From Paraspadella gotoi (Eukaryota > Animalia > Chaetognatha): a stretch of DNA of 64,000 bases. This document shows, one piece after another, positions 1-13,175 of this stretch (position 1 is its first letter; each line of letters begins with the position of its first letter). The position numbers were made by a program, and so were the translations under genes. The notes under the pieces are model-generated. The model saw only the letters and a list, made by a program, of their open reading frames with translations. It had not been told where the DNA came from and made no database searches. The stretch lies in the NCBI GenBank assembly GCA_051294375.1, contig CM119263.1, positions 1,352,510 through 1,416,509 on the forward strand, given 5' to 3'.

Positions 1-28
1 TTTAAATAAACTTTTTTTACTTTCACAG

Positions 29-494
29 AACAACATTCAGGATCCAGAAGAGGAAGTAGACATTGACTTGGACGACCCAAAAACGGCGGAAGCTGCAACT
101 CAGATTCAGGCCGCCTTCAGAGGAATGCAAATAAGGTAATTAGGCTAACAACTAGGTTTTTTCACAAACCCACTACAAGTACAACGCAATTAATTTTTAT
201 TTTTTTTTTTGCAGAAAAAAGAAGCCTCTGGCAGCAGCGGTAGCGGCGAAAGCACAAGCCCCCGTCAGCACCAATCCTTTCGCGCCCTCCCCGGCGAAGA
301 CGGCCCCGGCGAAATCCGCGCCCGCACGTGCCCCCACACGGCCCCCCGCTGCCAGATCGGCCCCTGGACGAGAGCCATCGGTGCCCGCTCGCACCGGGCC
401 CCCGCCGCGGCCTCCGGCTGCGTCTCGTCCCCCCAACGTCCCGTCGAGGCCTCCTCGTCCCGGAACGTCTTACAATAGGAGAGACGGATATTAA
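29..494 (+). CDS. Last two exons (29-135, 215-494) of an IQ-motif protein with a Pro/Ala-rich tail; 5' part lies outside the window
   Basis: Spliced reading gives NNIQDPEEEVDIDLDDPKTAEAATQIQAAFRGMQIR|KKKPLAAAV...YNRRDGY*. DIDLDDP..AA.IQA.FRG is the neurogranin/neuromodulin/PEP-19-type IQ motif. AG at 27-28, GT at 136, AG at 213-214, TAA at 492-494. Confidence 0.75.
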
Positions 495-2599
495 TATTTA
501 ATTTCCTTTTTCTTTTTTCCATCCGTGTATAAAGGATATTTTTTCAAAATTCATGACATTTTTTTTACCTAATATGGTCTTTCTATATTTTTTATGCTTT
601 ATAAATAATCTTATATTTTTCATTTTATTTTTTAATAGGTCCTCGCTAGAAACAAAAAAAAAATAGTATATATTTTATAAATCGTCTCGGGCTTTTTTCG
701 TCATGAATTCGTTTTTTCTTACGAACTTCCTTTCCTTTCCAATCACATTTGAATTCTACCATGACTGTTCCTTCTTCCTGCTCTTAGTCTTCCCAAAAGC
801 TGAATGCACCTTTGTTGTCAATAGCTGGTCTGAGTTCTTCAACCAAAGTTATAGTCTTGACTCAATGTTAACGGGTGCCTCTTTTCCGCCTCGAAAAAAA
901 ACTGTGTTTGTAATTTACCAAGCCCGAAATTTCTACCCGATATTTTGTGTTTCATTTTGTGTAGAAAATTCCGAAAAAGATTTTTATCTTTAACAGAAAG
1001 CAAACTTCCCCGGTGTTGCAAAACCCGTATACTAAAATTAGATTGCTAGCATTGCCTGGGTTCTCTAAAAAAAAGAGCACGTCATTTTTTGTCGGCCTTC
1101 AGAGGCACAAACCTAGAATGCGCCTTTAGAGCATAAAAGAAGTACTTATACCGTCACACCCGCGTGAAGTTCTTTCCTTCCCGAAATCATTTGTTTTTGA
1201 ATGTCAACACTTTACACACACTGTCTTTCTTTAAATGGATAATGATCCAAGTCTTTGTCCTTCAGGGAAGAAATATACATTTTGACAATACGGAGTTTTT
1301 CTTCCCCTTTGGGTAAAGATCATTACTTTACTATTACAAAAGTAATACTTTCATCAAAGCCTATTGACTTAGATATCTTTATTTTATTACTATTTTTATT
1401 ACTCATTTCTTAAAGCTAAGTCCATAGGCTATGTGAATTAAAAATTCTGCTTTTCTTTTAAAGTTTTTGGCTGCCCACTCGGGGACAACAACACCGTCCC
1501 AGACGCAACCTTTATTTATTTAATAATTTTAATATTAGTTGGTGACTACCATGAATCGAACCATTCAACAAATGAAATAAAAAATATACAAAACGTACAA
1601 GATGATGAAAACGTAATCCTTAATTTTTAAGGAATACAAAAGTACATACAGGCTACAATAAGGATGGAGATTCGTAAACAATATTCATTCCAAATAGCTA
1701 CTTTGTTTAAAGATGTAATCTTATTCCAATCGCAGATTGTATCTTTACTACATTCAACTTACAAGCTGCATAATTACTCTTGTAATCCTCAAATGATAAT
1801 CACGATTCTATCTACCAGGCCATGCTATCACGTTCATGTAGTCACATTTACTTTATTAATTCCACAACAAATGTTATTTACAAAATAAAAAAATCTCTCT
1901 GTAATTGTTTTGTTTTATATCCCAGTCGCTTAAGTTAATGTGTAACATTAAATGATTAATGATATAAGAATATAAGTTCGTTGGTTCTAAATTTAAACTG
2001 AAACGTAGGGAAGAGAGTTTATGATTTTATCATCAGGAGATTATCTGCTGAAGTATAAGTATATACTAATTACAAAGAGCTCTCTGGGTTCATATCCTGT
2101 TGATTTGGAGAGGCATTGTTTTTGTGCATCTTCGCGTTGCTCTTTTCACTGAATCTCTTTCTCGGTTTTCGCCACAAGATGTGAATGGCGCTGCTGACGT
2201 CAAAAGAGCATCCAACTGAAATTCACAGAAAACGTGAATAAGACTTAAGAATAAGAGTGAAATTTCATCAATAAAAAAGGCGCGGGAAAAAAATGCTCCT
2301 ATTCTAAATTATTAATCTCATCAAAAAATTTTTTTATTAATCTCATAGAAATCTCATGGAAATCTCATAGAAAAAATTTCAAAAACAAAACGTTAAAAAG
2401 AATTTATTTTTAACAAGAAATTATTTCAAAGTTAGGGTAATCATTAGCCTGGGCTTTGGGTCGTGAAATTTGTTGGGAAAGTGAGTTAGGGGTGATTGTT
2501 GAGGATTTAAAATCATTCTAAATGTTTCGGCTCTAAACCAGACTCGTAAATCTAACCAAGTCTGGCTTTTCTCTTTTAACTTAATTCTCCGACGCCCCC

Positions 2600-2910
2600 C
2601 CCAGTCGGTCCCTTTTGCCTTTTCGGTTCCTCATTGGCCCCCAACATTCGTTGCCGACCCCACGGTTCCATTGTTGTTCCGCCTGGAAATTCAAAACTCC
2701 GTTATTTTTCGGTTTGCCTATTTGCCCCATGGCTGAGAGGTCGGCCGGCGAGCCAGTCGAGTCGGGCCCGGCCTCTTTCATTGAGCCCTGCCCGGCCCCG
2801 CTGAGCCCGTGCGGCCACATCGAGGCTTCGCTCTCTCCTCCTCGTCTGACGTCACTCGCTCCAGATCAGAATCATGGCGCCTCTTCTATTCGCTTCGAAA
2901 AAAAAGTAAG
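2600..2910 (+). promoter_or_regulatory. GC-rich putative promoter / first non-coding exon of the bHLH gene
   Basis: GC-rich island in an AT-rich background, a perfect CRE palindrome TGACGTCA at 2847-2854, an ATTGG (CCAAT) box near 2633 and a donor-like aaaGTAAG near 2906. A further UTR-exon candidate lies at ~3439-3544. Confidence 0.45.
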
Positions 2911-3633
2911 AAATTCGGGAAGGAAAATCAAAAACAGGTTTCCGTCTAATGGCCGCCGAGAAGGGGTCGACCACCGCCGACGCCACTTGGTTTATCGGGG
3001 GACGGGAGACGTAACTTTGGGGTGGAAGGGGGAATCTGTTATAGAAATGTCCCATTTTAACGTTGGAGCGCCATAAGTTCCGTGATTTCGAAATTTAAAG
3101 TTTTAACCAAAAAAAAAAACCTTTTTGATTCGTGATTTTTTATATTTTTTTCTTACTTGTACTTGTTTAATTATATTTTGAAGAAGTAATTGCAGACGGA
3201 TTAACTCGCTTTATTTCGTCTGTATAAGTCGCGACTGATTGTGCAAGATCTGTTTGTAAGTTGGTCTAGTGGCTTTCACAGGTCGTCTTACAAATCTGGA
3301 CTACTCGTCAATTTTTAAATTGCTCTAATCTTTACTATAACTGCTACGTATAGTACTTATTGAAACGTTTTGTTAATTATAGTCTTCCTGAGAAACGCGT
3401 TAACTTGTGCTAACAGTATTTACTTCTTTTTGTTTAGGATCCTGACAAATCACATTCAATTATGGAGAATTGGTTCACTTTTTATACGGATTACTCGTTT
3501 TAATCCACCCTTGCTGTGAATAAAACTCAAATGTATATAAAAAAGTAAGTAATTATAATATTTTTTGATGTTCTTTCTTTTCCCGTCAAGTAACTCATGT
3601 TATTTTTTTTTTTTTTTATCAGACTCGTTGAAA

Positions 3634-6600
3634 ATGGCATCAAAAACTTCCGTCCCTTTGGGCGCCCTTCCCATTTCTCTTCCAAGTCAGGCTCGCTCCT
3701 TGACGAACCCGGACGAGCATAGTGCCATTTCCTCGGCCCAGCGTCTCGCGACGACGTCGCCCATGACTTCGGAAGTGACTTTGTCCTCGGTGATGCCGGG
3801 CGCCGAGCCCGTCGCTACCGTCGTCGTCGCAATGCCCACGACATCGTTGTTGGCGCCGATGGAGGCGTCGACGCCGACCAGTTCCGAAGCGACGGCGGAA
3901 GGGCAAATCGGCGCCGCGGAATCGAACGCAGTCGACGCTGGCGCCGTTTTGCAGGACCCAACGGTGCAGCAGTGGCTCAATCCCGAGGAAGATGATCCAC
4001 CCGAATTGAAGAAGAGGTCGAGTCTCTTAAATTTATTCTTTTATAATTAGAATTCAATTTTTTTTTCTTAGGATATAAATTGCAATACGATTTGAGTCAA
4101 ATAATAGGATTTAATAAAATAATCGTGCCACTCGCAGAAACGAGAAGGTGAAGAAAGGCGAGTCGGAGCGGCGCCGTAAAGATCACATCGCCGCTTTGAT
4201 TTTGGAGTTGGGCGCCAAGCTTCCTCGCTCCTCCGGGACTCACAAGCAACTCCAGAAAGTGGGCATTCTGGGTCGAGCCATCGACTACATCGCCGAGTTG
4301 GAGCGAAAAAACGACGAGTCCGCCGAGGAACAGGGTGAGTCCTTTGTATGTCCATTAATATTTACGCTTTGAACCAGTTTACTTTTTATAGTTTACTTTT
4401 TACTTGGTTTACTTTTCATATTTTTGTAAAAAGAGTAAATTTTAAGCTTTGGTTTTTGTCTGATAGTTCTACTATTTTGACATATATTTTCGTTATATAT
4501 AATTTTTTGGGTAATTTTTGTAAAAAATTAAGAACCAAACATCAGCGGAAGAAACGAGCGATAATTGAATATTTGCGAGGAATTTATGCCGCAAATAATG
4601 ATAAATCTTGAAAGTGTGTATTTGCTCATTTCGTCTCAAAGTGCGATTTTTTCTTTTTGTCGTCCAGCTGTCACGCTCAAGTTGCTTCAGGAGAGAGTCG
4701 AAAGCCTGGAGAAGCAAGTTCTTAATTATCGTGACATTGTGCAAAAACTAACTCCGCCCGCCGCCGCCGCCGCTTCGTCGACGGCGTCGAAAAAGAAAAA
4801 AGGCGCCTCTAAAACAATAAAATCCAACTCGGCGGCGGCGTTTGCGACGGCGTCTCCCGCGGCGCCCTCTACGCAAGGATGCCTGCAGATCGGCCAACAT
4901 GTCTTCCAATCTGAGGGAGGCCAAGCTGCTGTATGCTATCCGAATCAAGTCGGCTCCGACGCGGCGATGGTAGCGGCGGCCAACTCCGGGGGTTCCATTC
5001 AAGCTTCGCCGGCGATGGCTCCCGGGCAAACATCGGGCCTTCAACAGGTTTTGCTCGTCAACGAGCAGGGAGTCCCCGTTGGCCAAACGTTCCTGCAGCC
5101 GGGACAGTCCCTTATGTCAACCACCGGATTGCAGCAGCAGCCTCAATCCATTCTGCAGCAGCCGATGCTTCAGTCTCACATATTGCAGCATTCAGTCATG
5201 CAACCGCAATTAATGGCCCATCCGCAGGGCGCAGGCCCGACGGAGCAGCCGGTAGCCTCTGCTCCAGAAACGCCGACGACGCCCGTCACTCCGGCGCCAA
5301 AAACTTCGCCGCCGAAACTCAAGACGTCAAACAAAAAGAAAGGGAAAAAATCGAATCTCGCCGATTCGAGCGCATCGTCGGCGACGGCGTCCCATTCGAC
5401 GTCGACACCCACGGCGCCCGCGGGAATGAAGGCGCCGCCTGGCGCTACTATAGTCCTCAATGAGAGTCAAAGCACTGCGAGCGCGGAAGCGAATCCACAG
5501 GCTGAACAGTCAACTGCTTACAGGTTAATTTTTAAGCTCTTTTTTTTTAAACACCTTAGTTAAAGGCTTTTCCCTGGCGGTGGGTGCTCCTACTGCTCCT
5601 TTATCTTGACTGATTTTTTAAAAAACCTTAATTTAAACGTTTTGCTCTATTTATTTTTCTGTAGGCCTGGTCAGCAGCTTCTGATTGGCCCAAATGGGCA
5701 GATACTCGCCATTGCACAGCCGAACCCGTCCTCCGAAACAACTTCTGCTGAGGCTGCAGGCGCTCCCTCCGCGGCGACTTCTCTCAATTATGCCCCCGGC
5801 GCCGCTACGACTTCTCAATCTGCAAATCCCAATTATCCACAAGCGTTACTTCTTCCTAACGGTCAAATAATCCCCGTCATGGCTCAGCCAAATATTTTGA
5901 TGCAGCAACAATCCGACGCCGGTGATTCATCCTCGACCGTTAAGTCGGAGTCTGACGCCGCTTTTCCTGTCAAACACGATTCTGTCGACGGTGATACGAC
6001 GCCGTCTTCTAACAAGTCGGCGCCTTCTCAGCCCGTGGCGCTTCTCGACGCGCCGGCATCAGACGCCGGTACAGGAAAGAAAAAGAAAAAGAAAACCGGC
6101 GTCTCTGCTAGTGCGGCAACGCCGGCCCCCGCCCCCACAGACATTCTCGCCAAAGCGGCCGAGTCCATCTTCGCCGATTTTGGCGATTTCGGCGAAACGG
6201 ATCAGTTCGGTGGCTTCGAAAATCCCCCAGGTCAGGAGGCCTCGATCCCAACGCCCACGACCGCATTGCCAACTATGACGCCGGATTCGGCGACGCCGGC
6301 GACGACGCCGCTCGTGCCGACGGCAACGACGCCGTCGACGAAGGGACACGAAGCGAAGAAGAAAAAGAAACCTGTGATGAAGAAAAAGAAGACTCTGGAT
6401 TCGGTGGGTGACGAAGCGACTCCCGCCTCTACTCATCACTCGACGGCCTTAGCATCCAAGCCCATCAAATCCATCAGCCCTTCCCTTGCGCAGTCGCACA
6501 TGATTCCGCCCGCCGCCTCATCCTATCATCTCTCCCGATCTACTAACATGCAAATACCGCCGCCCCGTATCATCATGGTTTCCGCCGCCGACGGGAAGCA

Positions 6601-9600
6601 GATCGACGAATTCAAACCGTCCGCCGCGCAGCCGGTTCCGCCGCCTCCTCCGCCGCCCTCGTCGACATCCGCGCCTTCGGCGGAAAAACGTGGAATCGTA
6701 GATAAAAAAGACGAGGATCATTGCAAGAAAAGCAAGAAAAAACACGATGGTCACGTCGTGTATACGTCCTCGAAGGACCTCGACGAAGTATTGGACGCCG
6801 TCGTTTGCCGCGTCGCTTCCGCAGCGGCGGGCGAAGAGAAGGCGGAGGCGAAGGTCGTCGTGGAGGGCGTCGATTCGGAGTCGCCTCAGCCGGAGGAGAG
6901 CCTTCCGAAGAAGGAAGCGAACATCACAAAAAATTTGTTGAAGACGCCTTCGTCAGAAACTTCCAAGTCTTCGGCGACGAAATTACCGAGCAAACCCGCA
7001 GATCCTTACGCCTTCGACGATGACTTGGAAGAGGCGGAACCGGTGCTGCCTCCACTGAGGAATAAAATTGCCAGCGGCGGTGGATCGCCTTTCAAGTCCC
7101 CCTCCACGAAAAATTCGTTAGACTCGAAACCTTCGTCAAAACTAGAAACTCTTTTGTCGCCGCCGTCGACCCTCGCGAAGACCGTCGATAGGACGATGCC
7201 TTTGCTGAGAGTCTCGGAGGAGGAAGACTTCGTTAAAAAACGTTCAAAAAGCAAAGAGGAAAAGGAAAAAAAGAAAAAAAAGAAGCGTAAAAAAGAGAGG
7301 AATAGCGGAGAGCACCTATGCGGCATTGAGAAGACTCTCGATGCGTCGGCGCCGACTTTGACGGCAGAGTTGCCCTCGAACAAGTCGGAAGATCCGGCGA
7401 CCCTCGACGACGCAATGGAACCTTCTCTCGCGGAGACGACGACCGATGTTTCGCGCGGAGGGAAAAGTGTCGAGGACTCTGAGGTCGAGTCGAGACTCGT
7501 TCTCGACACTTCGTCCACTGAAAAGAATTTGGCGCCCAGGATTTCTGGCGACGCCGTCAACTCCGCCAGCGCCGGCGTCGAAGATTCCGGCTCTGCCAAA
7601 TTTCACGAAGAATCTTCTGCTCCCGAAACGAGGAGTTACGGCGCCGCTATGAAAATTAACAACGGCGTCAACTCTGTTTCCGTCGTTGGCGGCGCTTTCG
7701 CTATGGGCGACGTCGAAGAAAGGATCAGTTTCGACGTCAGTGACATCGAAAAAGTTTTGGATCAAGTGGAGAATTTTAAGGTTAGTTATTTTTAGTCTAT
7801 TTCTTTTTTCGTGAATGTGTTAAAAATTAAATGGTATTGTGTAAACATTAGTGTTTGTTGCTGAATCAGTTCCAGGACAACTTTTCCAAAATATTTTGTA
7901 AAACTTTAATTATTCTTATTAAGAGCAAATTTTTTTTTTCTTCCTACTTGATACATATCATAAACGTTCGTCGTCGTTGTTGTTGTTGTCGTCGTTTTTT
8001 GTCATGAACACAATAGATAAAACTTTTAAAATCACCAATCATCGAACAAAGATATCAAATGTGCAGTTGAGTAGTTTTCACTCATCCGAGTGCACATATA
8101 ACCGAGCGGTTTTTAGTCTGATCTGCTTATTAGCAGATTCCGACTCTATAATTCACTTTGTCGGTCCCACCCCAAAATCTTGTCGGTAAGTCATTATTTT
8201 CATATCAGAACCTCGAATTATGATAAATTATGCATTGTGTTAGATCCTTTTTTTCGCTGTGTTTTGGTTATTAGAAAGAGTTTGAATTATTTAGTTTCAA
8301 CAACGATTGTTTTAATTTCATTTAGAAACGTACATGTTTCGGTTCTTAGTTGGCTCTGTATTGGAAACTTTGCCCTCTCTCTCTAATTCTCCCTCTTTCC
8401 CTCCCTCCCTCTCTCCCTCCTTTCCTTTGCACAAAAATGTAAACTAGTTTTCAGATCTGTTGATGCTGATGAAGGTTCGCAACTAAGAGCCGAAACATGT
8501 ACGTTTCTAAATGAAATTAAAACAAACTCTTTCTGATAAATTATGCAGAATGATGTCCGTCCGTCCGTCAAACCTTAGCAAAAAACTCCAAATACTCTTG
8601 ATTGGATGGATGGATTGGAATGAAATTTTGTGTGTGGGTAGGGAAGTGTGTGATTGAGCTGGATATGAAGTTTCGATGGTATCATGCGAGTAGAAAAGAG
8701 TTTAAATGGAAAAAACAAAAATATATATTTCACCATTTGAATGCCAATTACTCATGAGTGGATAGAACGATTTATTTTAAATTTTGTATGTGGATAGGAA
8801 AGTGTCTGATTAAACTGAAAATCAAGTTTCGATGGAATCGTCTGAGTGGAAATGAGTTTAAATGGAAAAAATAAAAAAACCTGTTTCACTAATTGATTAT
8901 GCTTCTTTTCGTTTTATATCAAATGTTAATTCAAGATGTATGAATTAATCAAATAATTAATCAGTTACTTAACCAATTAGTCACTTAAATAATCACTAAT
9001 TAATTAATCGGTCAATTAATCAATAAATTGATTATTCAATCAGTTTATTTATTTATTAATTAATTATTAAATCAATCAAGTCAATCGTTATCGGCATTAT
9101 TGTCGTCGTCGCCATCGTCGTCGTTGCTTTTGTCGTGGTCAGTGATGAAAAGACCTAAAAACAAACATTTGGAATCAAATTAATTAATTAAATACCTCTA
9201 ATGATCGTGGGTAGATCCGACATTGTTAGCTCAAAATTTTATTTTTACTTGTCATAGTTTAATTTAAATGAAACATCTAATATTATTTTAACTGAATCAT
9301 CGACGTTAAACGTGCTTTTCGTAATATTGTGGGGAAGACAATTCGCCGATCCACTGGCCAATTATTTTGGCCAAAGATTCTGGCCCACAATGTAGTCGTT
9401 ATTTTTCTTCGGTTACTTAGTTACTTAGTATTTATTTAGTAAAATTCCCATCATCCACATTATGAAAAAACAAAAGCGAAAAATATCAGTGAGAAATATT
9501 ACGTGATTTAAAAAAATAATTTAAAAAATACAACTTATTCATACCAGGGACACGACAAAGCAAAAGAAGAAGAGTGCGAACCACGAACATCGTCGGCGGA

Positions 9601-12600
9601 AGACCGGACAGAGATTGTGACGGAGGTTATGGAGGAAAGCGGCGGAGCATCCGAGGACCAGGAAATGACGATCGCCGAGGACGCCGAACTTCCCTCGACG
9701 GGCGCGTCTAGCCAACAACATGATAAACGAGAAAAAGTCGGACTACCCGGCAATGGCAGTGGCGATGGCAGCGGAGATGGCAGCGGCTATGGCAGAGGCG
9801 ATGGCGATGGCGACGGCCGAACCTCCGACGAAATCTTGAGAGCGGGAAACAAACGTCAACTTCTCATTTCCGAGACGGGAACGGAACCTGACGAAGAGTT
9901 GCATCGACCCTCGACGCCGAAACGAAGAAGAGAAAGCATCGGTGGCGTCGAAAGCGAAGAGGCGGACAACGAATCGACTGAGCTACGTTTCGACGACGAC
10001 GATAACGTCTTCGCGCCTTTAAGTCTAGACAAGACGTTGTCGGCGTCATCTGTCAAAGAAGCCGACGTCGAATCGCAGAAGTCGGAAAAGTCTGTCGATG
10101 AAAAAAGACCAGGCGCTTCCGACAATCTCCACTGTAGAACTAAGGACATGGAAGACAGGGTGGCTCCTCCCGTCGACTCAATCCCTCCGGTTCCATCCTT
10201 CTATAACGCCCCCAGGGACCCGGACACGCCTCCGCCTCCCCCGACGCCCAAACACAACGCCCACGATGCTCTTCGCCTTTTATCACCGGAAAATCAATCA
10301 TCGTCGCCGGTTCCGTTCGGCTTCTTCATGGAACTGCCAAGCGTTCGTCCACCGGACAAGGAGGAGGAAGAGGAAGAAGAGCCGAAAGCCGAGGAATCGA
10401 AGAGGGGCTCGAAGGAAGAGGGCGTGGCGGACGAGTCCATGTCTTTCGATCTGTTCGAATCGATGCAGGGAGGCGAAGAAGATGGAGAGTCGGAAAACGT
10501 CGCGAAGCTCACGCCTTCCGGGTCGTACGGTGAGCGTCACGACGAAGCCGTGACTTTCGAGGAAGACAAAGTTCCGCCAGAGTCACCAAATCGCGCCTCT
10601 TCCGATTCCCTCGTCCAAGAGCCCATGTCGGATGGTCTCACTCTCGATCACGCCAACTCGGATCCCTTGGGTCTAAAGGACGTGTCCCCCGATGCTCTCG
10701 GTCTCTCGTCCACCCAATCTTCAGAGCAACGGCAAGAGCATGCTTCTTGCAATCCCAAATCTTCGTCCCAATTGTCGCCCGATTCCCTTTCTCATTCGCA
10801 CTCTGCCGGTTCTCTCCCCGTAGAACCAGTGTCGCCTGAGCCTCTGGCTCAAATGCACGCTACTTCCGATTCCCTCTCCCAAGCTCACGCATCCTCCCAA
10901 GCACACTCATCCTCCCAAGCGCACGCATCCTCCCAAGCGCACGCATCCTCGCAAGCACACGCATCCTCCCAAGCGCATGCGTCTTCTGATACTCATGACG
11001 AAGCCAATGCCTCCACCAACTTATCGGCTCATTCGACTCCGATGAATACTCCTCTGCAGCAGAGAGTCTCGTACGGCGAGAATTTGCCCTCGCAGCAACA
11101 GCAGAATGTTTCTGTCGCTAATCAAGGTTTGATGATGTCCACCACAGTCGAGAGCGCTTCTCCATGGGCGCAGAGCGGAGCCGCGTCGCTGCGGTTTTCA
11201 GAAACAACTCGAGCTACGGAGCAAACTTCTGCTCCTTCATCAATCGAATCCTCCACAAGCCACGAGACGCCGATTCCGCAGCGAAGCCCTGCATCCTATG
11301 TAGGCGGTCAGCAATCGATACAGCCTCAACTGCAGCAGCCCGGAAGCAACGCCTCCTCAACCGCGGGAGCCAGTAATCCAAATTCACCCTTTGGATACCA
11401 GGAACCCTCTCTCGCTGCTTCCAGACAAAGTCCTTATCAACACGGCGGGCCAAACTCTTACCCGCCGCACTCTACCCGGGCGTCCCCAATGCTGCAGCAG
11501 CAGCAGCAACACCAGCAGTTGCAGCAAAGATCTTCGATCGACGAGACCGTTGGACAAATTCACGGTGCTAACAACAATAACAATTCTTTTCCGCCAAGTT
11601 TTTCTCCTCTTGTTAATGAGCCTCAATCAAACGCTTCGCATCACGGTAAATCGGATCACGCCTCGAACCCCGCTGCCGCCGCCGCTGCCGCCATTGCCGC
11701 TGCTGCCAACGGATTCCCGCGTCAAACACCGTCGTCCTACGGATCGACGGAAAACTTGATGAAGACGGGGGAACACCTGTCGTCGAATCCGACGCCGTCG
11801 CCTTCGCACCGTGGAGGCATGAACCCGCCCACGCCCAATTCCTGGTCCTCGGCTTACTCCGCCGAAAACCTCATGCAATCGTCGAGACGAGGGCCTTCCA
11901 TCGCCGAAGGCTCTCCCAACGCCGCCGCCAATAAACGATTGCAGGTGATAGAACGTTACTTTTGAGATTATATTGTAATTTAAATTAAATTAAATTAAAA
12001 TTTCTAATCAAACGGGTGTTTTTTGTTTTTTGGTTTTTTTTTTTTTTTAATAAAATCTAAGATTCTGAGTAGCTTTGTTTTTGTTAAAGAAAATATTTGT
12101 TGGTTGAAGTAAAAAAAATATATTTTATTATTTTCTTCCTTCGCATCAAATTATTCCTTTTCATTTTAAAACCAAAAAAATTCGTATTGGATGTGCCAAT
12201 CATCGTTTTGATTTATTTTGCCTCTCAGGACGCGTCCCTTCCATTTTCGCCGCCATCCAATCCGCCTCTTCCGACCACGCCCTCCTCCTCCGCTTCTATT
12301 CCCTCTCCGCTCAACTACCCCTCTCCCAACATCGCACCTCCAACATCTCGTGCTCCTTCCGCTAACTCCCACGCCATGCCTCCCGCCAACCCTCCTAACC
12401 CTCACTACAACGCCCCGCAACGAGCCCCCTCCGCCAATGCCCATTACAATTCCTCAATGCAGCAACAAGACCTAACGTCCCTTCAGCATCATGCTCAGCA
12501 GCAACAGCAGCAATCTCAGCGACATCAGCATCATCCTCAGTCTTTCGGCCCGCCCCCTTCGTCGGAGGCCTTCGTCGCTCGGAGCGAGAGTCTTCAACAT

Positions 12601-13125
12601 CCTTCCTCGTCGCCGGCGCCGTCTCCCTTCCTTCCCGGTCACCACCCTGCAACCTCTCATCCTTTTCTTCCTCCCCAGTTTCCCAACGTCTCCTTCTACT
12701 CTCCCTTCAACCCCGCCTCCGTCGCCCCTTCCTCGCAGCATTCTTCTCCCTCTTCGACGCCGATCTCCAAAGCCTCCGTCACCACGACGACGACGACGTC
12801 CTCCTCTTACCCCGTCGTTTCCTCCACCGCCGCCGCAGTTCACGGATTCGAGGCGCAGCTTCAGCCGCATCCTCACCATCATCCTGCGTTCCCGTCCTCG
12901 CTCGATGTGGAGAAGGAGCGCGCCGCCGCAGCCTTTCTGGCGTCGCAGGTGGGAGTGAAGGGGATCATAATTGCTTATTAATTATTAATTTATTATTGCA
13001 TATGGAGTAGGAATTAGATTTTCTTTTTGTCCCTTCGAGAAAATTCGAGAGCCGTTTTCTCACTCTATATCTTTCTCTCTTTAATTTAAGAATCATCTTC
13101 TAGGACATTCGAGGGCTTTATTTCA

Positions 13126-13175
<50 letters not shown>

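Larger units (their letters stand above)
8095..8880. repeat. Interspersed repeat with (GTCC)n microsatellite, Helitron/DINE-1-like non-autonomous element; inverted copy at ~53270-53810
   Basis: Long reverse-complement similarity to 53270-53810 (e.g. gatctgcttattagcagattccgactctataatt; tgatgtccgtccgtc; ccttagcaaaaaac). Also contains an internal ~140-bp duplication. Class assignment is an inference from the microsatellite. Confidence 0.55.

Noticed and set aside
209-478. 89-aa ORF from the ORF track
   Set aside because: Wrong frame; the splice phase from exon 29-135 selects the frame ending at 494.
2615-3076. 153-aa ORF upstream of the bHLH gene
   Set aside because: No recognisable domain; lies in a GC-rich promoter/UTR region and crosses a probable splice donor.
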